The notes below the pieces were generated by a model. The model saw only the letters and a list, made by a program, of their open reading frames with translations, made no database searches and was not told the origin of the DNA. Of a stretch of 35,970 nucleotides of DNA, positions 27,687 through 34,619 are shown in pieces. Source of the DNA: an uncultured Pirellulales bacterium (GTDB lineage: Bacteria > Planctomycetota > Phycisphaerae > Sedimentisphaerales > Anaerobacaceae). How positions within the stretch are numbered: the first letter of the stretch is position 1; every line of letters starts with the position of its first letter. The DNA lies in NCBI GenBank assembly GCA_964387515.1, contig CAYLXD010000004.1, forward strand, positions 1-35,970, read 5' to 3'. Position numbers and translations under genes: made by a program.

Positions 27687-28781
27687 TTGGAACAACTGAG
27701 CGAGGAAGAAAAAGCCCAGCTAAAGAAGGTTACCGAGAAGTTTGCTTTCCGCGCCAATGACTATTATCTGTCGCTTATCAACTGGAGCGACCCAGACGAC
27801 CCGATACGTGCAATTATAATCCCGCACACACAGGAGCCTGACGAGTGGGGTCGGCTGGACCCGTCGGATGAAAAAAGCTATACGGTTCTGCCCGGCCTTG
27901 AGCACAAATATAATTCCACCGCTTTGCTTTTGGTAAGCAACGTCTGTGATGGTATATGCCGCTATTGTTTCCGCAAGCGTGTTTTCATAGAACCGCGGCG
28001 TGAGTATCTGCGGGACCTGTCTGTAGCGGTGCGATACATACGGCAGCATCGTGAGATAACCAATGTACTTTTGACCGGTGGCGACCCCTTGGTACTTGCG
28101 ACGCCGAAACTTGAGACTATTATCCGGCAGCTAAGGGAAATCGAACATGTTCAGATAATTCGTATTGGCACAAAAATCCCGGCGTTTAATCCATATCGGA
28201 TTGTTGACGACCCTTCTTTGCTGGAGATGCTCAGTAGGTACAGCACCGAAAGAAAGAGAATATATTTTATGACTCATTTTGTTCATCCGCGGGAGTTAAC
28301 GGATGTAGCGGTCGAATCTGTTAATTTGCTTTATCATGCCGGTGCAGTTGTAGCCAATCAGATGCCCCTTATAAAGGGTTTGAATGATAATCCTGAAGTT
28401 CTGGCGGAGTTACTTGCGGAGCTATCCTTTATTGGTGCGGTTCCCTATTATATTTTCCAGTGTCGGCCAGCTTTGGGAAACAGGATTTATACACTGCCGA
28501 TTGAACAAGGGTATGAAATTATAGAGCAGGCCAAATCGCTGGTTTCAGGGCTGGCAAAGCGAGCTCGGTTTGTAATGTCGCATTCAAATGGAAAAATAGA
28601 AATCGCAGGTAAAACAGAAAAACGCGTCTATTTTAAGTATCACCGTGCCGCCTCTGATGAGGACAGCGGCAGATTCATGGTCTTCAAGAGTAATCCGAAT
28701 GCCTACTGGCTTGATGATTACGATGAGATAATTCACGATTATCCTGTTAATTTGCCTTATAGGTTGTATGGGCCGGAGTGA
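27687..28781 (+). CDS. KamA-family radical SAM / PLP aminomutase
   Basis: CDGICRYC (Cys87, Cys91, Cys94; codons 27945-27968), LLTGGDPL, YYIFQC, SNGK (putative PLP lysine, codon 28593-28595). The first canonical start is TTG 27687, but the frame is open from 27630. Confidence 0.85.
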   Translation: MEQLSEEEKAQLKKVTEKFAFRANDYYLSLINWSDPDDPIRAIIIPHTQEPDEWGRLDPSDEKSYTVLPGLEHKYNSTALLLVSNVCDGICRYCFRKRVFIEPRREYLRDLSVAVRYIRQHREITNVLLTGGDPLVLATPKLETIIRQLREIEHVQIIRIGTKIPAFNPYRIVDDPSLLEMLSRYSTERKRIYFMTHFVHPRELTDVAVESVNLLYHAGAVVANQMPLIKGLNDNPEVLAELLAELSFIGAVPYYIFQCRPALGNRIYTLPIEQGYEIIEQAKSLVSGLAKRARFVMSHSNGKIEIAGKTEKRVYFKYHRAASDEDSGRFMVFKSNPNAYWLDDYDEIIHDYPVNLPYRLYGPE

Positions 28782-28822
28782 AATCAAGGTTTTTTGATTT
28801 TAAGTTTTGGGTCGATTGAGTG

Positions 28823-28849
28823 CCCCCGTACAATCGGGGGTTAATTTTT
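28823..28849 (+). terminator. Rho-independent terminator-like hairpin after the KamA-like gene
   Basis: Stem CCCCCG (28823-28828) pairs with CGGGGG (28835-28840). The loop is TACAAT and TTAATTTTT follows. Confidence 0.5.
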
Positions 28850-28874
28850 GGAGAAATTATAAGGCGCGCCGAGA

Positions 28875-30104
28875 ATGGTGGTCAGAGTTGGGACAGTTGC
28901 TTTACTGCTTTTAGTGTGTTGTTGTGTAGGGTTTGCGTTGGAACCCAATGAGATTCTCGTAATAGCGAATAGTGACGTTGAGGTGTCGGTCCGGCTCGCC
29001 CAGTATTATTGCGAAAAGCGGGCTGTGCCCGCCGGTAATATTCTTACGCTGACTTTAGGGGCGAACCTTAGGGATATGATCACCAGAGACGATTATGAAA
29101 AACATCTTGCTAAACCCGTTCGCGCGAAATTATCCGCTCGTGAATTCGCCGGCAAAATAAAGTGTCTGCTGACGACTTACGGCGTGCCGGTCAAGGTGGG
29201 AAAAAGAGGCCCCTTAAAGGCTGAGCAAGTCGAGCTGAACCGATTGAAAAAACAAAGACAGCAGGCGAAGGAAATCCTTGAGCGCCTGCAGCAGAGCGGC
29301 ACGACTGAAACATCCAGAGCTAAAGAATATATCAAGCGCCAGCTCGCAGGTTTGCAGTTGGAAATTGACCGCATCGTCGGAAATCAAACAGATGCCTCTG
29401 TCGACAGCGAGCTGTCAATGGTGCTATTTGATAACTACGAGCTTTATCTCTGGCAGCCGAATAAACTGAAAAAAGGCGGACTGCTTTTTAGTTTCGCAAC
29501 GCTTATGGTTTCTCGTCTTGATGGTCCACGCGAGGACATCGCATTTGGTCTTATCGATAAAGCGATGGCGGCCGAGCGAAAGGGGCTGAACGGCGTTGCT
29601 TATATAGACTCAGGCTATTCCGAAGCTAAGGGCGAAAAATCGCTGTACGCCGAATATGATAAGTCGCTGCGCGAAACCGCACGGATGATACGCCGGCGGA
29701 CAAAGATGAAGGTCGTTGCCGAATCCACGAAGGAGCTTTTTGCGCCCGGTGCTTGTCCGCAAACGGCTGTTTACTGTGGTTGGTACAGCCTGAAAAAATA
29801 TGTCGATGCATTTGATTTTGTTGACGGCGCGATAGGCTATCACATCTCAAGTCTCGAAGCGGTCGACCTTCGCGACCCAAACAGTACTCAATGGTGTCCC
29901 GCTATGCTCGTCGACGGAGTAACCGCAACTTTAGGTGCTGTGGCTGAGCCTTATCTTCACTCATTTCCGAAGCCTGACGAATTTTTCTCTGAGTTACTGG
30001 ACGGCCGGTGTCTTGTCGAGGCGTACTATCATACAAAGCCGTTTAATTCCTGGCGGTTGCTTCTGATTGGCGACCCCCTCTACACCCCATTCAAAAAGCA
30101 TTAG
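28875..30104 (+). CDS. Secreted hypothetical protein (resembles the TIGR03790 family)
   Basis: Signal-like N-terminus MVVRVGTVALLLLVCCCVGFA, then EILVIANSDVEVSVRLAQYYCEKRAVPAGNILTL, and a C-terminal LLLIGDPLYTPF. The family assignment is from memory and was not searched. Confidence 0.45.
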   Translation: MVVRVGTVALLLLVCCCVGFALEPNEILVIANSDVEVSVRLAQYYCEKRAVPAGNILTLTLGANLRDMITRDDYEKHLAKPVRAKLSAREFAGKIKCLLTTYGVPVKVGKRGPLKAEQVELNRLKKQRQQAKEILERLQQSGTTETSRAKEYIKRQLAGLQLEIDRIVGNQTDASVDSELSMVLFDNYELYLWQPNKLKKGGLLFSFATLMVSRLDGPREDIAFGLIDKAMAAERKGLNGVAYIDSGYSEAKGEKSLYAEYDKSLRETARMIRRRTKMKVVAESTKELFAPGACPQTAVYCGWYSLKKYVDAFDFVDGAIGYHISSLEAVDLRDPNSTQWCPAMLVDGVTATLGAVAEPYLHSFPKPDEFFSELLDGRCLVEAYYHTKPFNSWRLLLIGDPLYTPFKKH

Positions 30105-30119
30105 CAAACCCTGAAATTT

Positions 30120-30136
30120 ATCCGCCGTAGGCGGAT
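30120..30136. terminator. Hairpin between convergent genes
   Basis: ATCCGCC (30120-30126) pairs with GGCGGAT (30130-30136) across a 3-nt loop. It lies between the stops at 30104 (+) and 30152 (-). There is no strong U-tract. Confidence 0.35.
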
Positions 30137-30151
30137 TCATCTCTCGTTGTC

Positions 30152-31162
30152 TTATTTGAGAATCTGCTCAATATCACCAAGCCAGGCGTCGAGCAAATCC
30201 AGTTCTTCCGCACCGACCAGCTTCATACTCACCAATTTCTCATAGCAGACCTTTAGATTCTCATTTGTTTTCTCGCTCCCCGGCTTTAACTGCAAGGTTT
30301 CTAAAGCCTCGCGGATTTCCACATTGTGCAGATAGCCCGGTATCTCGTCTTCGAAGTCGCGCAGCAGATTATGTTCGTTGCGTTCCTGTCTCATATTGGG
30401 TTCATGGAATAGAACTGCCCAGCCGTTAAGCCAGGCAATTCTCTGCGCAATGAAACTTCGCCAGGTATCTGTCATTCGGAATGAGCAATATGCCGGCAGA
30501 TAGAGCAGTTTGAACGTATCCGGCCACCACGTTGTGTTCTGACTGTTAAACGGACACCACGAGCCGTTGGCCAGCGCAATCCGCCGGTCCTTTCTAAAAG
30601 ATTGTGGCAGCGGCATAGTCAGCCGATATATCGCATCGACGTCAGGGTTATCATCCGCCAGACCCTGCTGAATGGGACAGTCCACATCGGTCTTATTCAG
30701 TGTTTTGTAATCGGCTAATCTTTCCTGGAGCTGCTCAAGTGGAAAACCCCGCGGCCAAATGTTCTTGTCCGTGAAATACCGATAGACGTTTACCCAGCCG
30801 CCGTCTTCAACGACCGCAGCGCCGCAAATCCGCTGCCGCTCGGACCAAAACCCCTCACAGGGAATATTATCATCGTCGGTTTCGATGATAAGGGAAGTTT
30901 TATTGCGAATAGCCAAAAGGTAGCCGATGTTCTTACGGGCATAGTGTCTTGTCGGACAGTTCTCCGCAAACTTCAGGTCAAGTTTCTTTTGTCTTTGCAG
31001 GCTGTAAAAATCACAGCCGTCAAGCTGAAAATCGTCCGGACTGGCTTGGTCGCCTATAACGATAAAATGACACCCCTTTTCCGCGCAGCCTGCCGCCAAA
31101 GCCTGCAAAGCCTTGTTGGGCCCGCTCACCGATGTTACCACAATGGAAACTTTGTCGTTCAT
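30152..31162 (-). CDS. STELLO-like (DUF288) glycosyltransferase family protein
   Basis: SIVVTSVSGPNKALQALA ... HFIVIGDQASPDDF ... YARKNIGYLLAI ... IIETDDDNIP matches the STELLO/DUF288 pattern (vvGDkKtP ... RKNiGYL ... DDDN). Confidence 0.65.
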   Translation of the reverse strand: MNDKVSIVVTSVSGPNKALQALAAGCAEKGCHFIVIGDQASPDDFQLDGCDFYSLQRQKKLDLKFAENCPTRHYARKNIGYLLAIRNKTSLIIETDDDNIPCEGFWSERQRICGAAVVEDGGWVNVYRYFTDKNIWPRGFPLEQLQERLADYKTLNKTDVDCPIQQGLADDNPDVDAIYRLTMPLPQSFRKDRRIALANGSWCPFNSQNTTWWPDTFKLLYLPAYCSFRMTDTWRSFIAQRIAWLNGWAVLFHEPNMRQERNEHNLLRDFEDEIPGYLHNVEIREALETLQLKPGSEKTNENLKVCYEKLVSMKLVGAEELDLLDAWLGDIEQILK

Positions 31163-31301
31163 AAGAGAACCGTCTTTTGTCGGACGGTTGCGTTGCTCGT
31201 TTCGTCTATTGTCTTACGGTTGCGTTTTAAACGACGATTTACGATAAACGCAACCGATACGAGCCTCGCAACCGCAACCGTTTAATGTCTTTGCGGTGAA
31301 A
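31163..31301 (-). promoter_or_regulatory. Intergenic array of CGGTTGCG / CGCAACCG motifs with nested hairpin potential
   Basis: CGGTTGCG occurs at 31185-31192 and 31217-31224. Its complement CGCAACCG occurs at 31249-31256, 31267-31274 and 31273-31280. There is an 11-bp perfect inverted repeat (31217-31227 / 31246-31256) and a 7-bp hairpin (31168-31174 / 31183-31189) 5 nt from the start codon at 31162. Confidence 0.55.
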
Positions 31302-32060
31302 TTACAAATTACCGGCAAGACGTTTTCCAAACAACCGCAATAAATTTTTGAAGGCATCTATTAAGACCTTCGTATTTACATTTTGACTGGGTGCGCGATA
31401 ATGTATGGGCACCTCAGCTGTTCGCATATTACGGCAGTAAGCCTTTATTTCTGTTTGAAAAAAATGCCCGCGTGATTTGATTCCTTTGTCCAAAACCTTT
31501 CGCAGAGCGCCGCTGGTGAACATCTCGAATCCGCTGGTCATATCTTTGAGTTTTGTCCCGAGTAGCAGGTTTGCCGCGATACTTCCCCACCGGCTGATTA
31601 GGTATCGGCTAAGGGGTCTTTCGGTGAATTCGCCGCCTTTGCAGAATCGGCTGCCGAAGACACAATCACAGCCCTCGGCCATTTTTTCAAAGAACTGCGG
31701 CATCTCGGCCGGCTTATGGCTGAACCCCGCATCAATCTCCAGTATCCAGTCGCAGCCCGCCTCTAAAGCCTCACGATACCCTCTCACATATGCATCCACA
31801 ACGCAGTTATTTTCCGGGGCCCATACCACCTGCAGTTGCGTCGGTTTATCCTGCCGGTTCTTGAGCAAGTCATACGTGCCGTCCTTACACGCCTTGTCAA
31901 AGACCGCGAAAAACTTTACGGACTTAAAACCTTCGCATTGCTCCAGCGCCGCCTTGATGAACTCTACCGCTGTCGACATCTCATTTGCCATCGGGCACAC
32001 GATTCCCAAATTTATATCAGAGAGCCGAAGCTCTTTATTGCCGGTTCCGCTAACGTTCAT
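31302..32060 (-). CDS. GT2 polyprenyl-phosphate glycosyltransferase (Dpm1/GtrB/ArnC-like)
   Basis: LGIVCPMANE ... DWILEIDAGFSHKPAEMPQF ... CVFGSRF ... DMTSGFEMF ... EVPIHYRAP is the soluble Dpm1-like GT2 pattern. Confidence 0.8.
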   Translation of the reverse strand: MNVSGTGNKELRLSDINLGIVCPMANEMSTAVEFIKAALEQCEGFKSVKFFAVFDKACKDGTYDLLKNRQDKPTQLQVVWAPENNCVVDAYVRGYREALEAGCDWILEIDAGFSHKPAEMPQFFEKMAEGCDCVFGSRFCKGGEFTERPLSRYLISRWGSIAANLLLGTKLKDMTSGFEMFTSGALRKVLDKGIKSRGHFFQTEIKAYCRNMRTAEVPIHYRAPSQNVNTKVLIDAFKNLLRLFGKRLAGNL

Positions 32061-32085
32061 TTTTTATCCATCGCTGTTATTTAGC

Positions 32086-32106
32086 CCCCGGGTTGCCGGG
32101 GTTTTT
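32086..32106 (+). terminator. Terminator-like hairpin, + orientation, between two minus-strand genes
   Basis: CCCCGG (32086-32091) pairs with CCGGGG (32096-32101), and T5 follows at 32102-32106. It belongs to a roughly 34-nt element nearly identical to 34588-34622. Confidence 0.4.
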
Positions 32107-32112
32107 GACGTC

Positions 32113-32859
32113 TTAATGTATCCGACGCGAGCATTTTGAGCAAATAAAAACATAGCCGACAGCAGCGACTGCAATCCCTGTGCCGGAGATGATTACATCA
32201 AATACTGTGAAGTACCTGCCGGAAATTACAGAAAACAATTTTACAACCAATAGCAAACCTGTCGGCACCGCTAAAGCAGTTATCAACCATTTCGCCCTGG
32301 ATGTTTTTGACGGAAGCGGATGTATCTGTCGAATCCACCTGTGGTGAGCTTGTCGAATCCATAGCATAGTGAAAATTGCATAGCCGAACAGATGAAACAT
32401 TGTGTTTGTTACCGGCACCAACTCCGCTAAATTCGCCCGGGCCAGATTCGTCAGAAGAAAGATGGTAATCCCCGTTACCGCAAGCAGGGCCGGCCAAAAT
32501 GTCAGAAACGAAAACAAAATTAAGCCTCCGCTCACACCTGACATATTTGCGAGAAAATCCTTAATATCACAGTTGCGCCCAACGTAGCCTTGAAGCAGTT
32601 CGTCGAGGCCTCCGTATCCGGCTGTTATCAGTAGTACCCACCATACCGCAGCCTTGCGCCAGTTTACTTTTCTGTCGGGACTGACCGCAAACCACAGCAG
32701 GAAAACCAAAATCAGGTACACGACCAGATGGAGTGTCTTGTCCGACACCTCGGCCTTGTAGACCAATTGGGGAATCGGTATGTGGGCAAGGACAAAAATT
32801 GTTGGCCAATAGAGCAATAGCGAGATTATAATCAGCTTTTGTCGCAGTGATAAAGCCAT
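32113..32859 (-). CDS. VanZ-like membrane protein with extra C-terminal TM helices
   Basis: DKTLHLVVYLILVF ... GGLDELLQGYVGRNCDIKDFLANMSGVSGG is the VanZ pattern (DK..H ... E..Q ... R..d..D...N..G). Confidence 0.65.
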   Translation of the reverse strand: MALSLRQKLIIISLLLYWPTIFVLAHIPIPQLVYKAEVSDKTLHLVVYLILVFLLWFAVSPDRKVNWRKAAVWWVLLITAGYGGLDELLQGYVGRNCDIKDFLANMSGVSGGLILFSFLTFWPALLAVTGITIFLLTNLARANLAELVPVTNTMFHLFGYAIFTMLWIRQAHHRWIRQIHPLPSKTSRAKWLITALAVPTGLLLVVKLFSVISGRYFTVFDVIISGTGIAVAAVGYVFICSKCSRRIH

Positions 32860-32983
32860 TTAAGTCACCCAAGTAAAGTACCGGTTCGCAATAATACATC
32901 GATTTTTACGGCTGTATCCTTTAATTTTAGAAGGTTTTGGTTTATAATATAACCGACACTTTACCCAAAATCGGAGAAACGCA
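32860..32983. promoter_or_regulatory. Divergent intergenic region (probable promoters for both operons)
   Basis: A 124 bp spacer between divergent starts. TATAAT at 32943-32948 lies 35 nt upstream of ATG 32984, and GGAGA is at 32973-32977. The -35 is weak. Confidence 0.3.
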
Positions 32984-33331
32984 ATGTTCGATTCAATGTT
33001 TGAATTTATAAAAAGTGCGATAACTGAGCAGATAGTAGGCGACCCCGTCTGGGCGACCGTAGCCTTGGTCGGACAGGCGGTATTCGGCGGACGATTTGTA
33101 CTCCAGTGGATAGTCAGCGAATACAAAAAAAGGTCTCACGTGCCGACCTCTTTCTGGTTCATATCGCTCATCGGCAGCCTTATCCTCCTTTTTTACTCCG
33201 TTCACATAAAAAATCCTGTCTTTATGTTGGGTTTTTCGCTGAATACCCTTATATACATCCGCAACATTCATTTGATTTATAAACACGCCAGGAAGGGCGT
33301 GGTAACGGTAATTGAAAAAGTCGAGGACTAA
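32984..33331 (+). CDS. Lipid-A-disaccharide synthase N-terminal (LAB_N) domain small membrane protein
   Basis: VGQAVFGGRFVLQWIVSEYKKRSHVPTSFWFISLIGSLILLFYSVHIKNPVFMLG ... IYIRNI matches the PF07578 pattern. Confidence 0.8.
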   Translation: MFDSMFEFIKSAITEQIVGDPVWATVALVGQAVFGGRFVLQWIVSEYKKRSHVPTSFWFISLIGSLILLFYSVHIKNPVFMLGFSLNTLIYIRNIHLIYKHARKGVVTVIEKVED

Positions 33332-33346
33332 TTGGAGGGTTCAAAA

Positions 33347-34567
33347 ATGAAACGCTTGATAACTCCGGCAATAGTTGTGGCAATTTTGGCCTGTACCGTA
33401 GTTTTTTGCCTGGCCCAGCATAAACCACCCCTTGAAACGGTTCAGCTTTCCGAGCCGAAGTTGACCGGCCCGATGAGCCTGGAGCAGACGCTCGCTAAAC
33501 GCAGAAGTGTCCGAAGTTACAGCAGCAGGCCCCTTGACCTTACGCAAATCAGCCAGTTAGCTTGGGCCGCGCAGGGTATAACCGAAAAGACGAAAGGTTT
33601 TCGAACGGCACCCTCGGCAGGGGCGGTTTACCCGATAAAGTTGTACTTCGCCACACCCGATGGACTTTTTATTTATCAGCCGCTCGGCCACAGCCTTGAA
33701 AAAGTATCTGCACAGGATTTGCGCAGCAGCTTATCATCCGCTTCGATGGGACAACCCTGGGTGGCCCAGGCCGCCTGTGATATCATTATTGCAGGCTCAG
33801 TGGAAAAGCTCGCTGCCAGATATGCTGCCAAAGCCGAAAAGTTTATGTTGTTGGAAGCCGGCCACATCGCCCAGAATATCCATCTTCAGGCCGTTAGTCT
33901 CGGCTTGGCTTCTGTGCCCATCGGTGCCTTTGATGTTTCTCAGGTGCACGTTATCTGCAATCTGCCGATGGCACTTGAGCCCCTTTATATTATTTGTGTC
34001 GGTTACCCCACGACTTACACAGCGCCGGAGAAACCCCCGATAACAGAGCAAAAAGTAAAAAAGGCTGTGTTTATTGTAGCCAGTGAGAATTTCCGCGATG
34101 AGGAGCTTTTCGAAACCAAAAGTGCTCTTGAAAATGCACAGGTGCAAACCGTTATAGCGAGCACAAAAACCGGACGCTTAGCCGGCGTATTGGGTGGCCG
34201 GGCACAGGCGGAAATTCTCCTCGATGGTGTCGTTGTTGATGATTATGATGTGATAATATTTATAGGCGGCCCGGGGGCAACACAGTATTTTGACGACGCT
34301 GCCGCACAGGATATCGCCCGAAAAGCTGTTTCAAAGTCGAAGCTCCTTGCCGCGATTTGCATCGCACCCACCACCCTTGCCAATGCGGGTGTGCTCGACG
34401 GCGTTAAGGCCACAAGTTTTTCTTCTGAACGGCGCAAACTCGAAAGGGCCGGTGCCATATATACCGGCGCACCGGTCGAAAGGGATGGCCTCATAATAAC
34501 TGCCGACGGCCCCCGCTCAGCAGCTCGATTCGGCAAAACTATCGCTGACGCACTTGCAGACAAATAG
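33347..34567 (+). CDS. SagB-type nitroreductase-fold dehydrogenase fused to a DJ-1/PfpI domain, with N-terminal hydrophobic anchor or signal
   Basis: ATG 33347 with GGAGGG at 33334-33339. The N-terminus is MKRLITPAIVVAILACTVVFCLAQ. SagB block: LAKRRSVRSY ... RTAPSAGAVYPI ... LLEAGHIAQNIHLQAVSLGL. DJ-1 block: VIIFIGGPG ... LLAAICIAPTTLANAGVL ... LIITADGP. Confidence 0.75.
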   Translation: MKRLITPAIVVAILACTVVFCLAQHKPPLETVQLSEPKLTGPMSLEQTLAKRRSVRSYSSRPLDLTQISQLAWAAQGITEKTKGFRTAPSAGAVYPIKLYFATPDGLFIYQPLGHSLEKVSAQDLRSSLSSASMGQPWVAQAACDIIIAGSVEKLAARYAAKAEKFMLLEAGHIAQNIHLQAVSLGLASVPIGAFDVSQVHVICNLPMALEPLYIICVGYPTTYTAPEKPPITEQKVKKAVFIVASENFRDEELFETKSALENAQVQTVIASTKTGRLAGVLGGRAQAEILLDGVVVDDYDVIIFIGGPGATQYFDDAAAQDIARKAVSKSKLLAAICIAPTTLANAGVLDGVKATSFSSERRKLERAGAIYTGAPVERDGLIITADGPRSAARFGKTIADALADK

Positions 34568-34596
34568 TATAGGTTGGCAAACAACCTGTTGTTTAG

Positions 34597-34619
34597 CCCC
34601 CGGTTTCACCGGGGGTTTT
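34597..34619 (+). terminator. Rho-independent terminator-like hairpin overlapping the nadE stop codon
   Basis: CCCCCGG (34597-34603) pairs with CCGGGGG (34609-34615). The loop is TTTCA and T4 follows at 34616-34619. The nadE stop (TCA at 34606-34608 on +) lies in the loop. Confidence 0.55.

Noticed and set aside
26391-28781. The GNAT plus the KamA-like gene interpreted as an ablAB-type N-epsilon-acetyl-beta-lysine osmolyte pathway.
   Set aside because: The two genes are separated by the priming glycosyltransferase. The aminomutase appears to lack both lysine-binding Asp residues. The whole block is embedded in a glycan operon.
31477-32139. A 220-aa + strand ORF antisense to the Dpm1-like GT2. 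The track lists many other antisense or nested ORFs (for example 515..898, 4597..5181, 14843..15382, 21576..22070).
   Set aside because: All lie within genes that have strong family motifs on the other strand or frame. They have skewed Ser/Arg/Pro-rich composition and no motifs.
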